This document shows, piece after piece, positions 46,604 to 55,803 of a stretch of 59,395 nt of DNA; within the stretch, counting starts at the first letter, position 1, and each line of letters opens with the position of its first letter. A program made the position numbers and the translations under genes. Origin of the DNA: an uncultured Lachnospiraceae bacterium. GTDB lineage: Bacteria > Bacillota > Clostridia > Lachnospirales > Lachnospiraceae. Under the pieces are notes generated by a model. It searched no databases. It had not been told where the DNA came from and saw only the letters and a program-made list of their open reading frames with translations. The stretch covers positions 1-59,395 of the forward strand of contig CAMOIV010000001.1 of NCBI GenBank assembly GCA_946616305.1. Direction: 5' to 3'.

Positions 46604-48701
46604 CAGACGAATAAGGGAATTCAGGGAATTTCTTCTGGATGAAGACAAGGACCTTCAGGTAAGGCTTTTAAGGCTGGCAGGTTCCACAACTTTTGTGGGA
46701 ACCCTTTCTGCCTTGCCTTTCTTCATGGCGGCAGGCTATGATCCTTCCATATACTGCGTTTCGGCCTTAACACTGATCCTGCTCATCGGCGAATATGCCC
46801 TGTTCTATTTTACGAGAAATGCCCTGTTTACATCCATTGTTTTCGTATATGTGATGAATCTGGTATTGTTCCCGCTTTTCTACGTATACAGCGGGGGGAT
46901 GTACGGGGGAGTGGAGTTCATGTTCCTGTGCGGGATCATAGACACCATGTATCTGCTGGATGACCCATTAAGAGCTTTTTCCTGTGCCATATTTGTCATA
47001 TGGTATATCTCGGTAATGACCTTTACGGGTTACAATCAGGATGTACTGCACAATATTCCCGTGGGCGTAAGCGTGGTGTTCAGCCATCTTATCGTCATGT
47101 TCTTCAGTATACTCAGCATACTTATAGCATTGGATTACGAATCCATCCTCCTTAAGATGAAGCACAGGAAAACGCAGGAGGCCGTTAATAAGAGTCTTGC
47201 CAGTACGGAGACCAAGAGCCGTTTTCTGGCGAATATGTCTCATGAGCTTCGTACTCCCATGAATGCTGTTTTAGGCATGAGCAGCATTATGCAAAGAAGC
47301 GACAAAAGCGGGGTGCTTGACGAGGAAATATCCATCATCAATACCAATGCCAGAGATCTGCTGGATACGATAAACAGCATACTGGATTACTCACGTCTGG
47401 ATTCCCACAGATTCACATTGAATTATTCCCAGTTCGAACTGGGGAATCTTTTAAGGGATGTTATAGAATCCTGTGCAGTCAAAGCCGAGGAGAAGGATGT
47501 TGAGTTCATAGTGGATATCTCTCCGGAGCTTCCGAATATACTCTATACAGATGCGGAGCAGCTTGAGACCATCATCAGAGGACTGATAAACGATGCTCTG
47601 GATTCGGTAGACGATGGGCGGGTTTTCTTTAAGCTGGAGGGCGATTATTCTCCTGACGGCAGCAGGGCATGGTTTTCCGGAGAGGTTTCGGATACCGGCG
47701 GAGGCATATCCAAGGAGGATCTTAAGACCATATACTCAAGCTTCGAGACTTATGACTCGAGGCAGGACAGCAGGATCAAGAGAATGGGGTTGAAATACTC
47801 GGTATTTAAGGGGATCCTTGACATGCTGAACGGGAGCTTTGAGATCGAAAGCCTGGAGAATGTGGGTACCACTATCCACTTTACCTTTGAAGTATTTGTC
47901 ATGGAGAAGGATCCCATCGCAAGCAGGATCATGACTCAGGGTAACAGGGCCCTGCTGTATATCACCGGTGAGAGAGGAGCCGAAAACATCGTCAAGACCA
48001 TCAGCTCCTTTGGAGTGATAACGGACAGAGCATCCTATGCTGAGGAATTCACTCAGCTGTATCAGACCGGATATTACAGCTTTGTCTTTATTTCCGACAG
48101 GAATTTCCCTCAGGTTTCGGATGCTCTTGAGGATTATGACAGATCAAAGGTCTTTGTGATCTCCGACAGATCCGGCAGCCCCAGGGATTTCATGAACATA
48201 CGCGTCATAAGAAGGCCCTTGTCCGCACTCAATCTTTCCGATGTTTTCTACGAGAGATGGGAGGAGATGGATAATACCAATCAGACCGGCGGGGAATTCA
48301 CTGTACCGGAGGGCAGGGTACTGGTTGTGGATGATAACAGGGTAAACCTTAAGGTTGCAGAGGCTCTGCTGGCCAAATACGAGCTTGATACCGATCTGGT
48401 GGAGAGCGGCTTCGGAGCCATAGAGAAGATGAAGCTTAAGCAATACGATATGGTACTTATGGATCAGGAAATGCCCGGTATGGACGGCAACGAAACTCTT
48501 AGGATGATAAGAAACAATATAGTGATCCGCAGTGCCAAGAAGATACCGGTAATATGCATGACGGCAGATTCCTCCACGGATCTTCGTGACAGGATAGAGG
48601 GTACGGGATTCAACGATATCCTGCAAAAACCCGTAAAAGATACGGAGCTTGAAAGCTTGATCCTCATGTATATGCCGGACGAGAAGATAATAAGAAAATG
48701 A
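46596..48701 (+). CDS. Membrane hybrid histidine kinase 2 with degenerate HATPase boxes
   Basis: MSHELRTPMN and REC (VVDDN...LMDQEM...MTAD...KP) intact; N-box GLINDALDSV and G2 KRMGLKY deviant. Start 46596 or 46581. Confidence 0.88.
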   Translation: MISRRIREFREFLLDEDKDLQVRLLRLAGSTTFVGTLSALPFFMAAGYDPSIYCVSALTLILLIGEYALFYFTRNALFTSIVFVYVMNLVLFPLFYVYSGGMYGGVEFMFLCGIIDTMYLLDDPLRAFSCAIFVIWYISVMTFTGYNQDVLHNIPVGVSVVFSHLIVMFFSILSILIALDYESILLKMKHRKTQEAVNKSLASTETKSRFLANMSHELRTPMNAVLGMSSIMQRSDKSGVLDEEISIINTNARDLLDTINSILDYSRLDSHRFTLNYSQFELGNLLRDVIESCAVKAEEKDVEFIVDISPELPNILYTDAEQLETIIRGLINDALDSVDDGRVFFKLEGDYSPDGSRAWFSGEVSDTGGGISKEDLKTIYSSFETYDSRQDSRIKRMGLKYSVFKGILDMLNGSFEIESLENVGTTIHFTFEVFVMEKDPIASRIMTQGNRALLYITGERGAENIVKTISSFGVITDRASYAEEFTQLYQTGYYSFVFISDRNFPQVSDALEDYDRSKVFVISDRSGSPRDFMNIRVIRRPLSALNLSDVFYERWEEMDNTNQTGGEFTVPEGRVLVVDDNRVNLKVAEALLAKYELDTDLVESGFGAIEKMKLKQYDMVLMDQEMPGMDGNETLRMIRNNIVIRSAKKIPVICMTADSSTDLRDRIEGTGFNDILQKPVKDTELESLILMYMPDEKIIRK

Positions 48702-49408
48702 TCAGGATCAATAAATATCTGGCCGAAAACGGCGGAGTATCAAGGCGGGAAGCAGACAGGCTGATAGAAAAAGGAGCAGTGACCGTTGACGGAGAGCCTG
48801 CCACAGTGGGCATGATGATCGATGAGGATAATTGCCTCGTATGTGTGGGCCAAAAGACCATAACAAGGAACTGCTCAAGGCATTATTATGCCCTGTACAA
48901 ACCAGCAGGATACATATGCTCCGCTGTGAGACAGAGCAGGAGCGACAGGCTCTGCACAGACCTTATACATACCGATGCAAGGCTCTTTTGCGCCGGGAGG
49001 CTGGATAAGGATTCGGAAGGACTGATCCTTATGACCGATGACGGAGAACTTACGGACAGGATACTACGCTCCAGATACGGCCACGAGAAGGAATACATAG
49101 TGGAACTGTCCGCCTCCTGCGGGGACGATGTGATGGAAGCTATAGGCAGGGGAGGTCTTGATATCGGATGCGAGAGACTGACAAAGGCCTGCAGCATATC
49201 CCGTTTATCGGACAGGAGTTTTGATATAGTCCTTACGGAGGGCATGAACAGGCAGATAAGGAGAGTTTTTGAACTCTTCGGATACGATGTGATCTCCCTC
49301 AAACGGATAAGGTTCATGAACATAGACCTTACAGGACTGGACAGCGGAGGATACAGAGAACTATCAAAGGATGAGATCGATAAGATCAGGAAAACTGCAG
49401 CAGTATGA
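48698..49408 (+). CDS. rRNA pseudouridine synthase (RsuA/RluB/RluF family)
   Basis: S4 domain RINKYLA...SRREAD, KPAG, GRLDKDSEG, EKEY, EGMNRQIRR. Confidence 0.93.
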   Translation: MIRINKYLAENGGVSRREADRLIEKGAVTVDGEPATVGMMIDEDNCLVCVGQKTITRNCSRHYYALYKPAGYICSAVRQSRSDRLCTDLIHTDARLFCAGRLDKDSEGLILMTDDGELTDRILRSRYGHEKEYIVELSASCGDDVMEAIGRGGLDIGCERLTKACSISRLSDRSFDIVLTEGMNRQIRRVFELFGYDVISLKRIRFMNIDLTGLDSGGYRELSKDEIDKIRKTAAV

Positions 49409-51417
49409 GCGAAGAAGGATATAAGGAAGAATATGCAAAGCTTAAGGACCTGATCCGTTATCATATGGACAGGTATTATAACGATGATGCCCCGGAGATA
49501 AGTGATCATGAATATGACACTTACATGCAAAGGCTCAAGGATATGGAGAGGGAGCACCCCGAACTCGTTTCCGATGATTCCCCTACAAGGATCATAGGCG
49601 GCAGTGCAAAGCGTACGGCAGGGGTCAGTGTTTCACATGATGTTCCCATGCTGTCCATCGAGGATGTGTTCTCCAGAGAGGATGTCATCTCATGGGTAAG
49701 AGAGGTCAAGGGAGTACATCCCGATGCACGGTTTGCCGTGGAGCATAAGATAGACGGTCTTTCCATGAGCATCAGATATCGTAAGGGAAGACTGCAGCTG
49801 GCGGAGACCAGAGGAGACGGACATATAGGAGAGGATGTTACAGACAACGCTCTTGTGATACCCGACGTTCAAAGGACTCTCGAGGGCATGGATACCGACA
49901 TAGAGCTGAGAGGCGAGGTATATATGTCCCATGAGGACTTCGACAGGGTCAATGAGGCCATGGAACTGTCCGGCAAAAAGCCCTTTGCCAATCCAAGAAA
50001 CTGTGCGGCGGGGACCTTGAGACAGCTGGATTCCGGAGTGGTCAGGGACAGAGGGCTGTCCATGTTCATATTCAATGTTCAAAGAAGTGAGGATCCCGCA
50101 TACATGGAGAGCCATGTAAAGGGGCTTGATATGCTTAAGGCCATGGGAGTACGTACGGTACCTTCCATACTGTGCGAGGATGAGTCCGAGATACTTGATG
50201 CCATAGACAGCATAGGGGACATGAGAGGCAGTCTGCCATATGACATAGACGGAGCTGTGATCAAGATCGATCAGGTAGCATACAGGGATGACTTCCCGGC
50301 AGGATCGAAGTATTCCGCCGGTCATATCGCATATAAATATCCGCCTGAGGAAAAGGAGACTGTCATAAGGGATATAGAGCTTTCCGTAGGCATGACCGGA
50401 CGTATCAATCCTACGGCTGTTTTTGATCCCGTAAGACTCTGCGGGACCTCCGTGTCCAGAGCGACACTTCACAATCAGGATTTCATCGACGAGCTTGGGA
50501 TAGGCATCGGACGGACAGTACTTGTATATAAGTCAGGTGAGATCATCCCCAAAATCAAGGAAGTCATCATGGACAAGAATCCCGAAGGCTCTTTAGTATA
50601 CCGCATACCCTCTGTATGCCCGGTTTGTCATCATGAGGCTGTAAGGGAGGAGGAGACTGCAGATATAAAATGCACGAATCCCACCTGTCCTGCCAAACTG
50701 ACCAAGAGGCTTGTGAATTTCGTTGGCAGGGATGCTTATGATATCAAGGGCTTCGGAGCGGAATATATCAAGGCTTTGTCCGAGAGAGGGTATATACGGG
50801 ATATCAGCGATATATTCCACCTTCGGGAAAAAAGGGATGAGCTTATAAGCGAAGGTATTATCGGCAAGGAGAAGAATACGGACAAGCTCCTTGATGTGAT
50901 AGACGCCTCCAGAGCCAATCCTCCGTGGAGACTGCTTTGCGGACTGGCCATAGAGAACGTGGGCAAGACGTCAGCCAGGACCATAATGAAGCATTTCGGA
51001 TCCTTTGATGCTCTCATGAGGGCAGACATTGAGGAGCTGAAATCCACTCAGGATGTTGGAGAGATCACGGCAGCATCCATTTATGATTATTTCAGGGATC
51101 AGGAGATAAGGTCCCTTATGGACAGACTTAAGGAAGCAGGTCTTAATATGGAGGAGGAGACCGGAGGCTGCGTGGACTCCTCCCTGTCGGGCAGAACCTA
51201 TGTCATCACGGGAGACCTTAAGAATTTCGCCAACAGAGGAGAACTGGTTGATTATATAGAAAGCCGTGGGGGGAAGGTGGCCGGATCGGTCTCCAAAAAG
51301 ACCTATGCCCTTATCAACAATGATCTTACGTCCAACTCAGGAAAGAATAAAAAAGCAAGGGAACTTGGCATTTTGATCATTTCCGAGGAGGAATTATTAA
51401 AGGGAGATAACACATGA
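49405..51417 (+). CDS. ligA: NAD-dependent DNA ligase
   Basis: EHKIDG adenylation motif, ELRGE, NPRN, DGAVIK, RATLHN, zinc finger CPVC, BRCT. Confidence 0.97.
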   Translation: MSEEGYKEEYAKLKDLIRYHMDRYYNDDAPEISDHEYDTYMQRLKDMEREHPELVSDDSPTRIIGGSAKRTAGVSVSHDVPMLSIEDVFSREDVISWVREVKGVHPDARFAVEHKIDGLSMSIRYRKGRLQLAETRGDGHIGEDVTDNALVIPDVQRTLEGMDTDIELRGEVYMSHEDFDRVNEAMELSGKKPFANPRNCAAGTLRQLDSGVVRDRGLSMFIFNVQRSEDPAYMESHVKGLDMLKAMGVRTVPSILCEDESEILDAIDSIGDMRGSLPYDIDGAVIKIDQVAYRDDFPAGSKYSAGHIAYKYPPEEKETVIRDIELSVGMTGRINPTAVFDPVRLCGTSVSRATLHNQDFIDELGIGIGRTVLVYKSGEIIPKIKEVIMDKNPEGSLVYRIPSVCPVCHHEAVREEETADIKCTNPTCPAKLTKRLVNFVGRDAYDIKGFGAEYIKALSERGYIRDISDIFHLREKRDELISEGIIGKEKNTDKLLDVIDASRANPPWRLLCGLAIENVGKTSARTIMKHFGSFDALMRADIEELKSTQDVGEITAASIYDYFRDQEIRSLMDRLKEAGLNMEEETGGCVDSSLSGRTYVITGDLKNFANRGELVDYIESRGGKVAGSVSKKTYALINNDLTSNSGKNKKARELGILIISEEELLKGDNT

Positions 51418-51992
51418 GAAAATTTGCGGGTTCGTTAAACATGCTTGTACTGGATTACCTCGTGATCCCCATATGGGCGGTATTTTCCGCATTGGGGAAT
51501 ATGAACTGTGTTCCCATAATGCTCCCGGTGACGGTTATATTTCTCATATTGAATTATCTATCCACAAGGAGTGCCACAAGGATCTTTCTGCTTGATATCA
51601 ATCTGGCTGCTGCATCGGTAGTCGGCATAATACTCAATTCTTTTCTTTATATCAGGTTCGTATATGCGGACGGTCTCGTGGTCACCAACATGGTGACTCT
51701 GATATTCGGGACAGTGCTGTTCATAGTTATGTTCTGCATATGCTGCCTTATATTCAAAACCCTCATGCATAAGAGAAACCGGCGGATAATAAGCCGGATG
51801 AGATACGGATATTATGACGATGATGAGGATGACGAAGAAGATGAAGAAGAGGATGATGAGGATGAGAGAGACTTCCGTCTTCCTGCTCTTGGAAGGGGAG
51901 GCGAAGAGGGCAGCGATGATGACAGCGGTGACGGGGATGATGAAGATCCTAAATTCTCGGGTCCGAAATTCAGAGTGGTAAAGAAAAAATAA
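51414..51992 (+). CDS. Hypothetical membrane protein (about 4 TM) with poly-acidic C-terminal tail
   Basis: Hydrophobic N-terminal 115 aa, then YDDDEDDEEDEEEDDEDE; ATGA overlap with ligA. Confidence 0.75.
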   Translation: MRKFAGSLNMLVLDYLVIPIWAVFSALGNMNCVPIMLPVTVIFLILNYLSTRSATRIFLLDINLAAASVVGIILNSFLYIRFVYADGLVVTNMVTLIFGTVLFIVMFCICCLIFKTLMHKRNRRIISRMRYGYYDDDEDDEEDEEEDDEDERDFRLPALGRGGEEGSDDDSGDGDDEDPKFSGPKFRVVKKK

Positions 51993-52024
51993 AACATAGA
52001 AGGCGATCAAAGGGAGGATATGAC

Positions 52025-52486
52025 ATGAGCGATAAGGAAGAGGTTATGGAGAAAAAGGAAGAAGGAACATCAAAGAACAAGGAAAGGGATATCCTTGAGG
52101 AGCTGTTGAAATCCGAAAAGAAGGAAGTGAGATATGCAAGGATAGCTGCTTTCTTTACCTTCGGACTGTTCGTGATCCTGCTGGTGGTGGCGATAATCAT
52201 CGTACCGAAGGTGGTGAGCACCCTGAACAATATCAATGATACGGTGACCTCGGCATATCAGACCATCGAAGGACTTGATGAGGTGATGGATAATATCAAT
52301 TCCATGAGCACCTCCATAGAAAAGACCTCCGAAAACATGAATGATATGATCACCGATAATGCAACGGAGCTCACGGGGGCCGTGGAGAAGCTCGGCAGTA
52401 TCGACTATGACGGACTCAATCAGGCTATTACCGATCTGCAGGACGCAGTGGGACCCTTTGCAACTTTCATGAACAGATTTAAATAA
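52025..52486 (+). CDS. Hypothetical single-TM coiled-coil protein
   Basis: Charged N-terminus, one TM, heptad-like C-terminal region; strong SD GGGAGG. Confidence 0.78.
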   Translation: MSDKEEVMEKKEEGTSKNKERDILEELLKSEKKEVRYARIAAFFTFGLFVILLVVAIIIVPKVVSTLNNINDTVTSAYQTIEGLDEVMDNINSMSTSIEKTSENMNDMITDNATELTGAVEKLGSIDYDGLNQAITDLQDAVGPFATFMNRFK

Positions 52487-52515
52487 GCCGGGAAGGATAA
52501 GATAAGTATTCTTTA

Positions 52516-55500
52516 ATGATACACGTAATAAAAGGCACCGCAGGGAGCGGCAAGACTACAACTGCATATAACCTGCTCTTAAAAAAGGCCAGGGAGCATG
52601 CCGGCAGGAACCACATACTTGTTGTGCCGGAGCAGTCATCCATTGAAGCTCAGAGGGATATCATCGACATGAGTCCCGGCCACGGGATAATCAACATCGA
52701 TATCCTGAGCTTTAACAGGCTTGCCTACAGGATCTTTTCTTCCTGCGGCGGTGAAGAGTGCGATCTTATAGACGATTCGGGTAAGAATCTCATCATACGT
52801 TATATTGCCGATGAGGTCAGTGATGATCTGAGGGTACTAAAGGGAGAGCTCAGGAAAAAGGGATATATCACCGAGGTGAGATCCGTCATATCCGAATTCA
52901 TGCAATATGGTATCAAGCCGGAGGATATTGACAGGATCGCCGAAGCCTCGGACAGCAGATCAAGATATCTTACGGCCAAACTCATGGATATCAAGCTGTT
53001 GTATGAGCGATTTGTGAGATATATGGGTGAGAGGTTCATGACAAGGGAGGAGATCCTTGTCAGGGCATCGGCTATGGCAGGTGAAGCGTCGTTCCTTAAG
53101 GATTCGACGCTTATATTTGATCAGTTCACAGGTTTTACCCCTGTGCAGTACACCTTCATAGAAGCCCTGTCAGGCATCTGTGCCGACATATATGTGACGG
53201 TGATGCTCCCTGAGGATGATAAAAGAAGTCTCTTTGAATTGGGAAGAAAAACCGTTTCTCATCTTGAGGATATAGCGGAGAAAAGGGGAGGCCTTGATAT
53301 CATAGGTCTTGGGGACGATATGCGGCATGAGCACACCTCATCACTGTATATCCTTGGCAGGAACATTTTTAACACATCCTTGACCGGTAAGTCGGACGGT
53401 GACGGATGTGTGACCTTCTGTATGGCAGAGGATCCATACAGCGAAGTGAGAGATGTCATGAGAAAGATCTGTGATCTGGTACGCAACAGAGGCTTCAGAT
53501 ACAAGGACTGCGGCATCATCATGGGGGATCCGTCACTATACTCGGAAGTGATCAGTGATATGGCATCAAGATACGATCTTCCCGTATACGTGGACAGTAC
53601 CAGACGGATAGGACTTAATCCATTTACCGAGCTTATCAGAGCCGTGATACTCATACTTAAGGAGGATCACTCCTATGATTCGCTGATGCATCTTCTTAGG
53701 ACGGGGTTCACAGGCATTGACAGGGAGGATATCGATCTGGCAGAGAACTATATCCTCAAGCTTGGCATAAAGGGCAGGAGAGCATATGAGAAAAGCTTTA
53801 CGGAGAGCTTTAAGGGTGTGGATCCCAAAGAGGTTGAAGCCTGCGAGAGGATAAGGATAAGGCTTAATGAGATACTGGAGCCCGTATTAAAGCTTAAGAA
53901 CTCATCTACGGTGTCGGATATGACCGATGGACTCCTGAAGATATGTGAGACTTTGGAGATAAGACAAAAGCTTGATGATCACGCCGTGATGTTCGAGAAG
54001 CAGGGTATGATCGAGAAGTCCATGGAGTACTCAAGAGTATATGACATCCTTATGGGACAATTCGAAAACATGAAGGGACTCATAGGAGATCAGACAGTTT
54101 CCGTAAAGGAATACCTGGAGCTTTACGAGGATGCCCTATATGAAGTAAGGGTGGGAGTGATACCACCGCTGTCGGATGTGGTAATGGCGGGAGATATGAC
54201 AAGAAGCCGTTTCTCCCATGTCAGGGCTTTGTTCTTTGTGGGCATGAATGAGGGAGCTGTTCCAAGGCCTTCGGCAGGAGGAGGTCTTATTTCCGACAAG
54301 GACAGAGAGCTTATAATGGAGACCGGGGTGGAGATCGCTCCGACAGCTGCTCAAAGTGCCGATACCGAGAGGTTTTATTTCTATATGAACCTTATGACCG
54401 GCAGTGACAGGGTCTGCTTCTCATATCCCGTGACTTCCCTTGACGGCAGCATCCAAAGAGAGTCCTACTTTATGAAGGAGGCCAGAAGAGTACTGGGGGT
54501 TAAGGAATCCAGTAAGGGAGGGGACTTTGATACAGTACTCTCACAGGATGAGATGCTTACACGTTTTGCCACAAGCCTCCGTGAGGATGAGGTTAGAGCT
54601 GCCCTTTACCTTAAGAGCCTTATGAAGAGTGAGGGTGATAAAAAGGAGAAGGCGTCCCTTGACCATATCACACGCAGACTCAGGATCAGAGACGAATATA
54701 CTGAAAGGCTTGACAGCGAAGCTTCCGGCAGACTCTTCGGACAGGGCTTCATAGATTCACCTACGGAGCTTGAGAGATTTGCCGCCTGTCCCTATGAGCA
54801 CTTCCTGCAATATGGACTCAGACTTACGGAAAGAAGGGTCTTTGAATTCGAGATGCGGGATGTGGGCATCATGCTCCACAAGGTGCTGGAGCTGTATCAG
54901 AGAAAGCTTTTCATGAAATCTCTTTCCTTTGGTGATGTCAGTGATGAGGTATCACAGAGGATACTGGAGGAAGCCGTCAACGATTCTGTTGATGCAAAGT
55001 ACGAGATGCTCTTTGGATCCAGCGCAAGATATGCTCATATGAGAGACCGGCTTATACGATATGCCGCAAGAAGTGTAAAGACCCTCAGATTTCAGGCCGG
55101 GGCAGGAGATTTCAGGAGCGTATTTGCAGAGAAGAGGTTTGAAAGCTACGGATTGAAGGGGACCATAGACCGGTGTGACGAAATGGGGCTGGGCGATGAA
55201 GTCTTTGTGGATGTCATAGATTACAAGACCGGCAATAAAGAATTTGATCCTGACAGGATCTATTACGGACTGGATATCCAGCTTCCCATATATCTTAAGG
55301 CAGCCATGGAGCTTCGCTCATCATACGACGGGAAAAGGGTGAGGCCTGCCGGTCTTTTCTATTATCATGTGGACGATCCCATGATCGACGGAAACAGGGA
55401 CTCTAAAAGCGAGTACATAGAGGAGCAGATACATAAGCAGCTTAAGCTTCGTGGGATAGTCAATTCGGACAAGAGGATAATAGAAGCCTATGACAGGACC

Positions 55501-55803
55501 ATATCCGAAACAGGCAGATCCATGGTGGTTCCGGTAGGATACACAAGAGACGGAAACTTCTTGAAAGGCTCCGGGGTATATACGGAGGGAGAGATCGAAT
55601 CCCTCATAGACCATACCGTGAAAACGAGCAGGGATCTCAGGGAGCAGATCCTTAAAGGAGAGGCCTCCAGGACACCGTATCTTCTGGGCAAAGAAAGCGG
55701 GTGCGATCACTGCGCCTATCGGACGATCTGTGACGGAGGAAAGAAGAGAGTGTTGAAAAAGCATGCTTTCCCGGAAGCATGGACCATGGGAGATAAGGAT
55801 TGA
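52516..55803 (+). CDS. addB: ATP-dependent helicase/nuclease subunit B
   Basis: GTAGSGKT, LVVPEQ, SFNRLA, FFVGMNEG, FAACPY, GTIDRCD...VIDYKTG, QLPIY, CDHCAYRTIC (four Fe-S cysteines in total). Confidence 0.93.
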   Translation: MIHVIKGTAGSGKTTTAYNLLLKKAREHAGRNHILVVPEQSSIEAQRDIIDMSPGHGIINIDILSFNRLAYRIFSSCGGEECDLIDDSGKNLIIRYIADEVSDDLRVLKGELRKKGYITEVRSVISEFMQYGIKPEDIDRIAEASDSRSRYLTAKLMDIKLLYERFVRYMGERFMTREEILVRASAMAGEASFLKDSTLIFDQFTGFTPVQYTFIEALSGICADIYVTVMLPEDDKRSLFELGRKTVSHLEDIAEKRGGLDIIGLGDDMRHEHTSSLYILGRNIFNTSLTGKSDGDGCVTFCMAEDPYSEVRDVMRKICDLVRNRGFRYKDCGIIMGDPSLYSEVISDMASRYDLPVYVDSTRRIGLNPFTELIRAVILILKEDHSYDSLMHLLRTGFTGIDREDIDLAENYILKLGIKGRRAYEKSFTESFKGVDPKEVEACERIRIRLNEILEPVLKLKNSSTVSDMTDGLLKICETLEIRQKLDDHAVMFEKQGMIEKSMEYSRVYDILMGQFENMKGLIGDQTVSVKEYLELYEDALYEVRVGVIPPLSDVVMAGDMTRSRFSHVRALFFVGMNEGAVPRPSAGGGLISDKDRELIMETGVEIAPTAAQSADTERFYFYMNLMTGSDRVCFSYPVTSLDGSIQRESYFMKEARRVLGVKESSKGGDFDTVLSQDEMLTRFATSLREDEVRAALYLKSLMKSEGDKKEKASLDHITRRLRIRDEYTERLDSEASGRLFGQGFIDSPTELERFAACPYEHFLQYGLRLTERRVFEFEMRDVGIMLHKVLELYQRKLFMKSLSFGDVSDEVSQRILEEAVNDSVDAKYEMLFGSSARYAHMRDRLIRYAARSVKTLRFQAGAGDFRSVFAEKRFESYGLKGTIDRCDEMGLGDEVFVDVIDYKTGNKEFDPDRIYYGLDIQLPIYLKAAMELRSSYDGKRVRPAGLFYYHVDDPMIDGNRDSKSEYIEEQIHKQLKLRGIVNSDKRIIEAYDRTISETGRSMVVPVGYTRDGNFLKGSGVYTEGEIESLIDHTVKTSRDLREQILKGEASRTPYLLGKESGCDHCAYRTICDGGKKRVLKKHAFPEAWTMGDKD

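Noticed and set aside
51812-51997. Poly-Ser ORF on the minus strand and GAN-triplet run as a tandem repeat or array
   Set aside because: It is the mirror of the Asp/Glu codons on the + strand; there is no repeat-spacer structure.
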